Shown piece after piece: positions 27,870 through 42,020 of a stretch of DNA of 64,000 nucleotides. The notes under the pieces were generated by a model. That model saw nothing but the letters and a program-made list of their open reading frames with translations, made no database searches and was not told the DNA's origin. Numbering within the stretch: the stretch's first letter is position 1; the number at the start of each line of letters is the position of its first letter. Origin of the DNA: Antedon mediterranea (lineage: Eukaryota; Animalia; Echinodermata); contig NC_092674.1 in the NCBI RefSeq assembly GCF_964355755.1, positions 10,788,001-10,852,000 of the forward strand, in the 5' to 3' direction. The position numbers were made by a program, and so were the translations under genes.

Positions 27870-28571
27870 AAAAAAAATGCCAGAATATAATCAATGTACT
27901 ACAACTACTATAATAGGTCTCTTGTTGAAACAGGTCATTGCTAGCAAGCACATATCATACAAGGTGGCAGTTTTGTTGTTTTTGAAAATTTTCTAAATTT
28001 AAATAAATGGAAATTATAAAGATAATTTTTTTTTTGCCAATTATGTAAACATGGGATTGGAACACTGGACCTTAAGATTCAAATGAAGCACGTTAACCAC
28101 CAATTATAGCTTAATGTCCTTAAAAGTTATTCATAAGATGTATACTTTACTTTGTAATTAATAAATTATAACATTATCACGTGTTTTAATGGCGGTCAAA
28201 AAAGTCAAATACTTTGAGATATGGTTAAAAAAGTTTTAAAAAAAAGGAGAATTTTATGAATTACAAACACGATATAAAGCAAACTATGTATGTATTCTTT
28301 GGATATTATTATTAAACGTCGAATTTCAAGTAAAGACATGGATTTGTTTGGTAACATTGCGGAATCTTCATATAATTCGATCATGTTTTTCATGGAAGAT
28401 GACTGCTGAGATACTCTCAAGTTCAATTACATGTTATAAGTGCTTGTGTTTCATCCTATTAATGTATTTTTTGCATCTATTCGAAATGCGCACATATAAA
28501 TCTACGTGACTGTTGACGAAAACAAAGGTCAGATATTAACATTAATGATATTGACAACAACGGCAACAAAA

Positions 28572-28765
28572 TGATGATGATATTATCATCATGATTCGAC
28601 GATGATGATGATAATGATGATGATGAGAAGATGATGATGATAATGATGAGGATGAAGAGATGATGATGATATCCATGACGATAGTATAATTATCATCATC
28701 ATGCCGTCATCATCATATGACATCATCAGCAGCATTATCACCACCAACATTGCCATTATCATTAG
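28572..28765. repeat. Degenerate (GAT)n then (CAT)n microsatellite
   Basis: GATGATGAT tracts followed by CATCATCAT tracts. Confidence 0.8.
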
Positions 28766-30425
28766 TAATAATTGTCCTTTGTGTAAGTAAATAATTGTTT
28801 CTTTTTTGTTAGTTACTATAATATCTAAATAAAGATCATTCTTCTTATTGATATTTTAATATTAATATTTAACACATTGTATGAAAATAAGATATTTTCA
28901 ATTTATAATTAAATAATTCCCAACTTGAAGTTCACAGACTTTATGTTGCACAACCCATCCCCCCCCCCCCCACCCCCAATCCACTCACATTTTTATTTAT
29001 ATGTGCAGTTAATAATAGTTAAATTACATGGGCCTAATTTAACTCTTCCCTAATATGTGTACTATCTTGTAATGTCAATGATCTAATGTAGGCTTCTTAT
29101 GAAACGTACGGTACTTGTTTGTAGGATAAACACACTGGATATAAAACATCCTTTATCATTATGATAGGTATACATTTACTAATACAATGAGAACGTTCTT
29201 TGTCTGATAAACGATAAAATGTCAATTTATTATTATTATACATAGATGATCGTCACAACCATTTGCAGAAGGTTCTAATAGATATGTAATTAATGGCGGC
29301 TTACATCGGCAAAGGACCTTAATTGGTAATCTCACGAATTGAATAATTATAGCTACTAATGCAGACAGAGTCATTATCTGTCGTTCTATTGTGTTCCTGA
29401 TTAAACATTAAAAAAACATTATCAATGTCTTCTCGGATAAAGACTTATAACTTGTGTGCGCTTTCAACGAACCCTTTTCCCGGAAAGAATAGGTGGTTAC
29501 CCGGTGCACTATGGTTTATCAGTCTCTCGTTAAATTATTCATACGATATCTTATGGTCATCGGTATGCTCTAGACGGCGATTCACTAATATTGCAAATAT
29601 ATTGGCACACATAGCGTTTCATATTTATAATACAGTGACACAGAACACAGTACATATGTTTAGTATTAATGGACCGATTGACCCTAAAATAAATAATTGC
29701 TTATGTTTGACCAAGTATATTGCTATTTATGTATTTTCCAAAGTAAGCCAAATCAAACCAAATCCTGTAAGAGATTATCACATGTTGAGAATAATGGTAT
29801 ACAAACAAACTAGCATCAGAAAATCGAATTGAAGATGAAACATTGAAAATGCGGGAAATTCGAAAATAGATGATAAGGTCGTAAATGGAACAGAATACCT
29901 GGTTTACAACAATAGAACATATTAATATTCCGTTGATTTAAAGTATGATTCCTTTCTTCAAGATACTGTTATTTACTTTTAAGCACATTTTTAATATTTG
30001 TATTTTGCTTCTTAGTTTTTGTAAGTACATGACAGTATACCGTGATAAATTTAAATATTGTAACATAACGCTAATTATGTACATATTGGGAGACCTTTTT
30101 TCTGATTTCAAATTCGTTTGTCCCCAGAAGCGACTTGAAGCAAAAGTGATGACATACTCGCATATTACTATAATATTCAACAGAATATTTCTCACTATTG
30201 TATTTATGTATAAAACAAAATATTTCATGGGGCTACGTAAGCTAATATATTGAACAGAAACAATACCATCCACAACCAGACTCCTGAAATATGTATACCT
30301 TTATTTTACATTATAGCATGTGAAATATGTATGCCTTTATTTAACATTAAGCATGCAATTATTGTATCCTTGTCATTTAATTGGTTATTACGTATCACGT
30401 GTCGTGGCTTATTTCATTCATTCAA

Positions 30426-30630
30426 GTGGTACATCGTACGTTCGAGAGGTACGGTAACATTGCACGATCATGTGGTACATTGCACGTTCATGTGGTACAT
30501 TGCACGTTCATGTGGTACATTGCACGTTCATGTGGTACATTGCACGTTCATGTGGTACATTGTACGTTCAGGTGGTACATTGCACGTTCATTTGGTACAT
30601 TGCACGTTCAGGTGGTATTTGCACGTTCAG
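30426..30630. repeat. 20-bp minisatellite, about 10 units
   Basis: GTGGTACATTGCACGTTCAT in tandem. Confidence 0.93.
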
Positions 30631-31197
30631 TATTTGCCAGTCACCGTGTGTGTAACACTTTCTTTATAACGATTGCTGTACGTTTTTAATAATATTGAAA
30701 ATCTGAATTATTATTATTTTTTAGCGTACATTTTTGAATAATTCATTTAATGACTGAGTAACACTATTGTAAACAAACGCTGCTACATCGCTGGAATAAT
30801 AGGAATATTGATTCTACTTATATGAGAGTTTTATTACAGCTACGCTACTATTAGGGTGAGACCAAGTCGAGTATATAACGTGATGTATATTGTACATAGC
30901 ACACGATTATTAATAATCAGCTATGTATATTATTAGAATAATTAGATAACATGTGCCCCATGCCTCATTAACTTTTACCCAGATATTACACATACACTTT
31001 ACGTATCACTAACTCGGACTATATAAATTCATAGTTGTTTCTCAGCATATTCGGTTTTAATCAAATACTGTAATTCGATCATTAGATGTATGAAATACTG
31101 TACAGCTCAAATAATACAACCTCGTGTGCGCAACACGCGATGCACACGCGATGACCATCACAAGTTTATTTCAAACTCACTAAAAAGTATCATTGGT

Positions 31198-31325
31198 CCA
31201 CTTGGACGCAATAAAAGTAGCATGCGCGCCGCAAGTAATTTGACCAATCACAACGCGATAGATCATCCAAATTGTCGATTGGTCAACTAACGTTGTTGCA
31301 TTGCGTCCAAGTGGGAGTCAAGCTT
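31198..31325. mobile_element. Harbinger/Tourist-like MITE; relatives at about 4993-5085, 27650-27750 and 32098-32252
   Basis: Inverted repeat CCACTTGGACGCAAT...ATTGCGTCCAAGTGG; internal GTAATTTGACCAATCA shared among copies. Confidence 0.6.
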
Positions 31326-31385
31326 TATAATGAATAATGCGGTAAAAAAAAAACATTTAACCATAAAATCATTTTTTAAACTTAC

Positions 31386-31442
31386 CGTAAATTCCACAAT
31401 AATGCCACCAGTGTTTGAATTGATCTTCTGATTCTTCCGAAA
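31386..31442 (-). CDS. CA-related protein, coding exon 2 (57-bp micro-exon)
   Basis: TTATAG acceptor and GTAAG donor, phase 1/1; (V)SEESEDQFKHWWHYCGIY(G) gives the WWxY-G motif of CA10-type proteins; in frame with exons 1 and 3. Confidence 0.88.
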
Positions 31443-33626
31443 CTATAACAAATATAAAATCAAAAATAAAATTACAATTTTTCATACAAATCATACCACT
31501 GTAAAAACGTTTACTTTGCAAGTAATTTGTATAAATCGACAAAATTATTACGAACGTATCGATCAGGTTGTGAGTTGGAGGTGGTTTAAAAACCGATGTA
31601 TTATCTCGTTTTCGGTGATGTAATATTTGTCAATTTGATAATTCGTTAACGATTACGAGAATGTTCCAAAAATTAACCTTGATTTTGATGTAGTTATGGG
31701 TTGCAGGTGGTTTTAAAAACTGATATATTCTGGAAAATGAATTTGGTCATTTTGTTATTACTAACAATAATATTAGGCCTAGGCCTACACTAAATGTCCG
31801 CTAAATGCATGTTATATATGACCACACTAAAATAATGGCTGTTTTATAAATAATACGAGAACTGATTCAATTCCAAAAATAGTGGCACCTTAAAATGTCA
31901 GTAGGTAGAATATGCCTTTATATATCAAATTTTGTAACTGACTAAAATCATGCGGCTTTATTTCGGATATTGGTATTTCATAACTCAATGGTATATGTAG
32001 GCTAATGTGTGCATTTTTCAAATGTAAATAAGCAAAAAAAGTATAATTTGAATAACGTGTAAACATTTTCTTCACTTGAATATTAACATTGTTAATACTT
32101 GATTTCCAGTAGAGACGAAACGTAAGGACGAAGTACGTAAGTAATTTGACCAATCACAAGCGATGGATCATTCGAACTGTCACTTGTCATTGGTCAACTG
32201 GCTTGCGTTGCGTCTACGTCATTGCGCTGCCTCTCTAATGGGAACAAAGCTTAATAATGCAATATTTGTGATTGAATAAAAGTGGTACATGCCACAAAAA
32301 AGTGACAATACTTTACGTCAAGCGGGCTTGATAGGTTTGTTAATCGATCGACAATACTAATGATGAAGTACAGTCAAATAAATTGTCTTATGATTTATTG
32401 ATTGTAACAGTCGTCAGTGGATTATTCTTCATTAATATTTTATTTTCAATCAGAGCTTTACACTATATGTACGTATCATTCGTTCGTTAATATCCATAAT
32501 CATTAGACTATCGTGATTTGAACATTATTAATGTCTAGTTTTTCAATCCATATTTAATGCATGATGTCACTGGGGAATTATTTATTAATAATATTCTTTC
32601 ACTGAGCTGGTGTGTTGTGTAATCGATAAAGAAAATCTAATGATCTGTACCGTATAGAAGAGTTAAAGAATAATGTTTACTATTTATTTTGCGGTTATTA
32701 AATAGAACTAAACTGTGAACTATCATTTGTGTGAGGTAAACACTAAACAAAAACAAAATAAAACTCTTTCATTAAAAAAAAATTATACCAAACATTATGA
32801 CTAGACCCTACACAACGGGCCAAAGGTCAAGCGGTATGGCCAGGCCTAAGCAAGAGCGCATGCGCGATAAGTAAATCAATATATTTTGAAACGAGAAAAT
32901 CTTCACACCTATTTACCTTGTCTGATAGTAACCTACTGACAGAGATGATATGTATTAGAAAAATTGAATACAGACTCGTTTCTTGATGACTTGCGATAGT
33001 CAGTTAAAATCTATCTAGTGACACAACTGTGTGGAATCGGGTGAAATCTGCGACGGTTAAACCCAGGAAGAGTGAAGCTACTATTACTTATTATTAATTT
33101 CACTCTTCCTGAATAAAACACATGTTAATTGCTAAGATAACCGGTTTGCCACAACAACAATAATGACTCGCAGATATGTAAACATTCAACGTTTTCTACT
33201 ATATATAAAGCAAAAAAAAAGATTTCTTTAACAATGTATTAGCAGGCAGTACGTGCGCTATTCAGTGACCCGTATACTAACACATTTCATCCACAATTTT
33301 GATTTGATCGGAAATCTAATCTCGGATCATGTTGTGTTATGTACGACAAGACGGCAACACGGTAAGCAATGTATCATACTGGCGTGCCTCAGGTAACTGT
33401 TCACTCGTTATATTCATAGCTGAACAGAAAAGCATAATAAAATATGTCCCAGAAGCATATTCAAATGGAAAAATGTAATTCATATTTAGAGGATAAATAC
33501 AACACGTTTATGTTTATATCTCCCAACTCTCAGTGTGCTGACATCTTAACGTGTGCATAATATATAATCATATTTATAATATGTTTATTATTATTTATTT
33601 GTCTTAAATAAATATAGATGATGTAA

Positions 33627-33776
33627 AGCTCTGTCTACACTTTCAAACTAGTTTGAGAAAAAAAAAGTGTGATGTGCCCAAATATGGTAGTGATATGACA
33701 TCATCGCGTCCATATATGGGCACATCACTTTTTTTTTCTCACATCTCGCATAAAGTTTGATAGTGTAGACAGAGCT
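33627..33776. mobile_element. PIF/Harbinger-type MITE
   Basis: TIR AGCTCTGTCTACACT.TCAAACT with TAA target duplication; second copy at 56070-56217. Confidence 0.85.
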
Positions 33777-36700
33777 TAACAATGAAATAAAATCACGTTG
33801 AGGAAATCGTTTATGTGTTATTATGCAATATAAAAAGTCTGTGCTATTCTTTTTTTGTTTTCAGTGTTATTTGCAATTTAAATATACAAAGGGAATAGTG
33901 TTTTCTAAAAGCTTGGCATTTCTTTCTGCTTTACTGTTTTGCTTTATTGTAGATCCAGCTGATGCTCACAGCATTGTCGGTAATTTGTTTTTGAATGAAT
34001 ATATAGATTCTAAATAATGATTTTATAATAGTGCTAATAATATGATCAACAGAGAATTTATAATAGACTGGTGAACTGACAAGAAAATAAATTCATCTAA
34101 TATTAAAACTTTACAGCAGTGAAGGGATGAGGAGGGATACAGCAAAGGTAAAGAATGATAGTATATGTCATAATTAAACACATGTGTTACATAATGTTTC
34201 ATATTATACTGGAGACATTTAATAGACACAGTACCGAGAATCCTACGTTATAACCAGCAATGATGTTTGTTAATCAAGGGTACACATAATAATGCAATTA
34301 TTACAACTACGCAACATAACCCACTATCTTACATATTGAGATTTCAGGGTCTCAGTTCGCTCACCTAACCCTTTCCCAATCAATAATTTAAATATCTAAA
34401 TTTCAAACATAAAAATTGTTGTTGATTTTGTTGGCCTTCGGAAAAATGTTGATATTCTTCTGTGAAAAGAAATTAATTTTTGCATCTTCTAATATGCTGT
34501 GGTTTAAAGCATTATATCGTTAATAAAACCTGATTGATATGGAAACATTGTAGGCCTACGATACAGCACAAGGTTATGTTTAATCACTGTATTTCGGATA
34601 ATACAATTTCTTTCTTTTCGACACAACTGTTGTATATACATCTTGTGTTATTCATTCATTAGATATTATACATTTCTATCTAATTATTGTATAAATCGAT
34701 CAAGATATTCTACATAACACGATCTGAATACAATTATTGTAACTGGAAATTGAATGCATTAGTTATCATTGAATAAGTTATTCCGACTACTAATGTCAAT
34801 GATGTGAAATACGATAAAGAAACAGAGCGAGTTTAAAGCATTGTACATATAACTTAGGCAGGATTTTAAACATCTCACTGCATGCTAGATACGTATAGGC
34901 CTACAATTAGCTCGTTTCATCGGGTCCACTCGGTATAAGACAAATTGGTACATTAACCGAGTGTATCTAGGCCTACCCTATATTATGATCCGATTTTCAG
35001 AACTGTGGTACGGGAAAATATGGCTTCCGACATCTCGTAAATTTAAGTTTGGTTGTACAATGCTTTAAAAAACACGCCCTCCTAGGCTCGCAAACACAAT
35101 TACAATGGACATTTAATAGTAAATTGAATAAATTGTTTGTAAATTTCTGTTTGATCGAATCGGGATCTCTGTTACAGGTATTTCTTGTTTCCTTCTTAAA
35201 TTTCAGATTTTCACTTTCTTAGCATTTGGCATGACAAGTCTATAGTCTATATGCCTTTATTCATATCCATCAAAATACTCATTTTACATGGAAGAATATT
35301 CACTCTTCCCTGGTTTATTTATATTGATGCAATGATTGCATCTATTGATTAAGGCATCCAAACAATAAATCGGTTAATGTTGGCGATGTCAAACAGCCCG
35401 GGATGAGATTCAAGATTCCTTGCATCTATCAGTTGTTTAGTTTTCGAAAAGTCTACAGAGCTTGGATACATCATCAATGTTGGCAGTCATATTAGTTTAC
35501 ATAATTCTAGTCTGTGACTTCTTGGATCTTCGTTTGAATATCTTTTAGCCCGATTTCGAGCTCAAAATTTAGTCCTTCCAACTAGCTAACATTAGTAGTA
35601 TCATTGTCGTCAAGCCTGGTCTCTAAACTTCACAAATTGTTTTTCTATCTTGACTGTTAGCTTCTACGTGCTATCTTCCACTTCGCTGCTCTGACTTCCA
35701 GATTCAAACCATTAAACTAACACTGTTATCTTGATTACTATGTTAAAATTAATTCTAGTTTAAAATTTATAATTTATTATAAATTACTGTTCCGACTTTT
35801 AGCTTCAAATTATGCTATTTTGGTTCAACTGCTATCTCGACAACTTCAACTACTGTAGGCTGCCTGCTCTTTCTTCTAGCTATTAGCACACTTTTAGACT
35901 TCTTATAGCTTTATATAGTAGTAGTAGTAGTGTTTTTCGCTCCAAATTGACACTCTTTTAGCCTTACTAATATGTTGATTTATAGATTCATCTTGAATAC
36001 TATGATTGCCTGTCTAACTAGGGCCTACTCGTTACCTCTACTTCTAGTTTCAAACTATTTAGGTCTACTGTTTGACTTCTAGCTTAAATGGTATAGCTTC
36101 AACAACCACTCAGCCTTATTCTAATCATGTTTTTTCGGTTCTCTTCTATTTTCAAAACTGATCTTCTAGCCTGTTGTAGGCCCTACATGAATTTTAGTCG
36201 GACTTCAAGATTATTTCTTACTTCAACAAACTAGTAATTTTTAGCATGACATAGGTCTCTTTCAGAGGATTGGATGAAAAGAGACCTACAGCGTGTTTGA
36301 GCTTAAGGTAGCTTTAAAGTAGTACACTTTAACATGAACTTACTGAGAAGAGATAAGATTGATGATGTAATTATCATTTCGGTTGATAAAAGCATTAAAC
36401 TTAATTAGCATCAAAATAGACAGTTTAGTGTGAATGTTGTAAGTGGCCAGCAAGAGATCTTGAATATCACTAATAATATCGTGTTTGATACATTTTAAGT
36501 ACCGAAAAGATCTGAACATTAACATTAGAATAAAGCTAAAGAAATATTTCGATTTTCTTCAAAATAATAATTTTTATAATATAGTTCTTAGATTACAGAG
36601 GGAATCCAATAGCTTACATTCCTTAAGGGGTCTTTTATAAAGAAAAATAATGAACATTGATACACCAGCTAATGCTTTTTTTGATCTGTGACCCTTGGCA

Positions 36701-38455
36701 TACTTTCTGAAAATCAGAGGATGGTATTTTGGAAAGAAGTTTCAATATTATAGCCTAAGTATAATACGTTGGAAATAGCTAACTTTAGACGTATTTTTTT
36801 CTCATCCGAAGGACGAGTTCAATCCGAATTTTAAAAAGGACCAACCCATGGCTTTCTCATAAGCCAGTCCGATTCTTTACCATTTATATCTCGCTCCTGA
36901 GCCAATGATAACAACTTTACCTTTATTCATTTAAACATTTTACAGGAAAAATGATGTTTTCAAACCAGATTGAGTGTATTCGTTATGCCATTATTGACAA
37001 ACTAATATTTTGAAGAGGATTGTAAGAAAGCAAAACAAACGTTAGTTGTACACTTCGTGCCCCAGGTGTAGTACAATTACATTGACGAACTTCATCAAAT
37101 TGTAATGTTATAGTATAACTTGAGATGTACGATATTGATGCTTATATCGATCAGAAGATGATTAAGCTGACTACACGAATTGGAATTGTAAACTTGGGTT
37201 TGATATTGGTGCGAATTTAGGGCTACTACTCAAGAGAGGCATTACGTCATAAGTAATTGAACTACGCTACGACTCTTTTTTTAACGGCGTATAGCCCTAC
37301 ATTGCTTCAGTATGAACCATTTGATTTACGTGGTGTAGAGGCCTATACTAAGTATCAGGAATCTGTTCAATGCAGGGAAGAGTGAAAAGTGGTTCAATGT
37401 GAATCAATTATTTACATGTGCGCAACATTGTCATTGTGTGCTTTAATGTGAACCATGCCATTTCATTCGTTGCTTTGGTTGTATGAAATCTTTAAATGTG
37501 ATGAACCATGGAATGTGGAAATTACATTCCTATATTTGTTCTACTATAGAATACTGCTATGGTCGACTACATAATTCAATTCAATTCAACTTTAATTAAC
37601 CACGAATCAATACATGGATGTTCTTCTACCTTTTTATAGGGATGTTTCTAAAACGAAGGAGTTAATATGAATCTGCTATTATTTTTCCGTAGTGAATTTG
37701 ACGGGACAATTTTTGTTTATGTTTCATAATTTTTGTTACGGAAATAAATAAAGAAAAAACTCAACTTGTGAATAGTAGTTAGTCTTTAGTATAACAGCGA
37801 ATGTCGATGACGTAGCTAGATTTAACGTGCATGTATCCGTTGAAACATGAAGACTTTGGCGGGGCTTTCAGGCAGATAAATTGTACATAACAAGATTTTA
37901 TGACAATCTACTTCGCTATGCATCCGAAATAAACATAATCGACACCTTGTGACCAATCATCATGATTACATGTTATAGAAAAATTAGCCTCACTTGGATT
38001 TCTTGCACTCGCATGGGAAAGAATTTCGTCTAACATTTACAGCACTAATGTCTTCTGTCCTAAAATATAGGCGATGGTTCTCACTTAAAATAATCAGTCA
38101 TTTCCGGGGAAAATGTGCAAAACATCTTCGAAGTTTTCTCTAGGCTATTGTTTCAAATGGTAAAATATAAGCATGCTATCATCACAACATCTAAATCTAG
38201 CGAAATCAGGTGAAAACCAAAATAAAAATATATTAGCAACTGCAGAAAAAAAAATTATAGGCTATTATTTCAAATGGTAAAATATAACAAGCATGTTATA
38301 CGTTTACAGTAAATTTAGTAAAATCGGTCGAAAACCAAAAAAATGTGTATGTATTTAACCTAAAAAATACATTTGCAACTTTAAAAAAAAATGGTAGAGA
38401 ATGCATTTAAAATGTTAAAAATATCGGTGAAATATAAATTGAATTAAAAAAAAAA

Positions 38456-38526
38456 TGCATCGGCCGGGAATTGAACCCGGGTCCCCCGCGTGGCAGGCGA
38501 GAATTCTACCACTGAACCACCGATGC
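38456..38526 (-). tRNA. tRNA-Gly (GCC), inside intron 1 of the CA-related gene
   Basis: GCATCGGTGGTTCAGTGGTAGAATTCTCGCCTGCCACGCGGGGGACCCGGGTTCAATTCCCGGCCGATGCA, 71 nt, followed by an oligo-T terminator. Confidence 0.97.
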
Positions 38527-39974
38527 TTCATATCAAAATGAGCTATTTTTAACAATCAGTTGCTAATAGTACACATGGATCCGCTTCAGTTTGTTAGTTC
38601 GTGTATAGGGTATAGTATTTTATTGGTGTTTTTAAGTCGTAAAGGATACTCAACCAAGGGTAATTTCAAGCAATAGAGTTGTACCAGTACATAAATCCAT
38701 GTTGTTTGCCCGGTTGTTTGCTGGTTGTTTGTTCTATTTGATTTGTGACAGGAGTCACGGTAAGCGTTAAGAGTCACACGGTTGTCGCTTGGCAGGATGT
38801 GCAGTCAAGTGGAACCATAATGCAGTATTGTCCACCACCCAAGATACCGTGGTATATTATAAATGCAGTATATATTGGAGGAAACTTTCATGATTATTAT
38901 TTTCACACCCTCAATTTACAAAATCAATATTGACGGTGGAAGGGTCCAACAAGCATGCTTAGACCTTGACATAAATTAAGAGACTGCATGCGCTAGATAG
39001 AATAAAGACCTATTTCGAATAACGATAGTGTTTAATAATAATATAATATTTAAGAAGTGAAATTTTGAGTATGACATAATGTACAACTATACTAGTCACC
39101 CTACGGTCATTGTGGTAGGGGGTGGGGGGGGGGGGGGGGTTAGAAAGTTGAAGTGGGGTAGAAAGATATCGTGTTAAATGTGTATTTCATAAAGGTACTT
39201 TTCAAAATGAAATAAAAAGCAAATAAAATTCGGGACTTTTAATATTAGGAACTTTTAATAAGAAATAATCTATCATAAATAATAATAATTTTCCCAAAAA
39301 GATTTCAATTATATCCTTCCTTCGTAGCCAAAGTAATGAGTTAGTTTCGAAATGTAGGCCAGTGAAATCTTCCTGATTACTGGTGGACCACCATTTTTTT
39401 TACAATATAATATTATTATTATTATATATTATGATTTATTGCCGGGCCATCGATATACATTAGGATTCCGTTACAAATATTCTCACAATAATTATGTACA
39501 GTACATTTGTATTGCGAAACGGAAAAAGAAAAGAAATGTAAAATGTGTTTTTGCGAAACTCAAACTAAACTTATTCACTTATTTACTTAAATGTTTTAAT
39601 TGATAATATTAATATTCATTAAATTATTATACAATGTCAGATAATTTAGCAAAATGTTAAAGAATTAACAATTAGACATACACATTTACAATGTTGACTA
39701 TCCATAAAGAAATCTTTATAAAGAAAACCATTTTTATTAAATACCAGATTTACATTTGTCATCCAATGTATTGTTTTTTTTTTAAATACGAATGAAACAA
39801 ACTATAGGGGCCTAGTATATAAAGAGATATAGTAGACTATCTCCATGAACAAACTGACTTGAAACCAAATTATGATGTCTAGGCCTACTGAAAACAAAAT
39901 CGTATCAGGTTAACATAAAAAAAATAACATTTAAAACCAAAATAATAGCAATAACAACAAAATATTATTCTTAC

Positions 39975-40032
39975 CACCGGTATTTGCAGTACAGGTAGAC
40001 AGTAAACCCAGCAAAACCAACTCTAAAAACAT
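39975..40032 (-). CDS. CA-related protein, coding exon 1 (signal peptide)
   Basis: ACAATC-ATG context; MFLELVLLGLLSTCTANTG hydrophobic leader; G|GTAAG phase-1 donor matches exon 2. Confidence 0.75.
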
Positions 40033-41949
40033 GATTGTAATCCTGTCTTGTTAGATTCCTATGTATAAAGTTCCACAAAAACTTGTGTTGCGACGACGCA
40101 AAGTAGGCTACTGTCCTTCCGATGTTATAATCGCGATGAGTATTCCAAACTATTATATACCTTTGGTTATCTGTTATTAATTATTCTCAAAAATGCCTCA
40201 ACTAACTCCAATATTCATGGTAAATTAAGAAGCTAATGAGACTAAAAAATAAAACACAATTCTGAAGATGGTGATGAATTTTAATTTGTCGTCCTGTTTG
40301 GATCCGAAATTGTCACTAATCCACTGTCAGCCAATGTTGTGATACAATGAGTCTTCTGCGCAGAATATAACGAACGCGAATCTTATCGTCTGATTTGAGT
40401 GTGAGCTTTTGCTTCAATGTGCGACTCCTTCATTCCGTGCCCAGTTCGGTGAATCAAAATATTGTGTCAATTCAAAATTACGCTTGACTGGAAATATTTC
40501 AGAGTGATAGTATTCCCCGTGGACTGGAGGTGAGTTGAAGCTTTTCCCGCCTTAAACACGCTCGATCGTCTGCTGAAAATTAAATGAATACTGGTCTTCA
40601 TTATGTCATCGATATTACTTCATTGTTTGGTTTCAACGTAGTAGCTGAATCTTGGCGTTGTGCAGTGACTGTATACCATATAATTTTGATTGACGGTATA
40701 ATTAAACATGTTTGATGGAATGAAGATCAGATGTGCGAAGAAAAATAACAAAATTAATATCTAACCCTTCTTTAATTGACAATAAATGAAATTAAATCAA
40801 ACATATTTTATTTAGGAAGACAATGATAACAGGAACACTAAGGTCTATAACAACAGTAAAGATACTTTCAAATAATTTTCTCTATTTACTGTTATATATT
40901 GAGATGATTGTCCTTTAACTAATTTTATTTAATGCATTTGTTTGGTGGTACCGAATGAATTTTGATTTGTGTATGTCGCCATCAGCGGTAGGAGAAAAGT
41001 TTTCAATAACCTTGACGAAGAAATGCAACAATATTCTCTGAATCCAATGAGCCACATTACTGGTAACACTTCTTACATTTAGGCCTAACCACATAAAAAT
41101 GTTGTTTGACCTCTATGGTTATACGTAAAAGCAGGGAGTTCTCCCTGGTATTAAAGGTTCGTTACTCGGAGCCAGCCCAGCACACATTGTATTTAAAGGG
41201 AACACAACAATACAAATGCGCCATAATTAATACTTTAAAGCTCAATTGGTAATGTATGTATTGAATATTATAGTGCATACAGACATATTAGACCTAGTGT
41301 AGGCCTACAAATTAACAGAGAAAATGTAGGCCTACTCGTACTTTGTTGAAAAAAAAAAGAAAACAAGAATAGAGGGCGCTAAATCATATTTTTCTGATAT
41401 CACAGTATGAGTATTTATGGTATTGGTAACTATCTTTACTTATAGCTGAGACAACAATCAAACTCAGCTTATAGAGTAAAAAAATGACAATTGAAATACA
41501 AAATTAGTTAATTGGAAATAGACCATACAAGGTACGGGTACATTCAACTACACCACAATATCATCTGATGATGACATCAAATGTACAATACAAAATCTGT
41601 TAACCGTAGGCCGAAGTTGTCTGTCTACCCTGCATCGCAGCCAAAATATAAGATCCCACATGTTTGTTGGTACATTTTATTTATAAAGCTGGCCCTACAT
41701 GTTTAGGGCATAAATAAAAAAAAAATTAAAGAGAAATTATTAAAAGAAAACATGCTAAAATAGAATGATGCTGCAGAATATACCAATATTTCAATGATTT
41801 CAGGTCTAATAGTTCAAAATACTGAACAAAGATAAACCGTTAAAAAATAATTTAAAATGGAAGCACCTTGCAAAGAACAAGCAAACATACGCGTAAATAA
41901 TAATAATTCCCTCTCAAATTAAAAAAATTGAACATAAACAAAAAAAAAT

Positions 41950-42020
41950 TGCATCGGCCGGGAATTGAACCCGGGTCCCCCGCGTGGCAGGCGAGAATTC
42001 TACCACTGAACCACCGATGC
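41950..42020 (-). tRNA. tRNA-Gly (GCC)
   Basis: Identical to the 38456-38526 copy; oligo-T terminator. Confidence 0.97.

Noticed and set aside
29425-30689. Cluster of 100-139 aa ORFs
   Set aside because: No recognisable motifs, overlapping on both strands, partly generated by the 20-bp minisatellite
35300-36300. Possible decayed CR1-type ORF1 on the minus strand
   Set aside because: Strand-biased composition only; no motif I can identify with confidence
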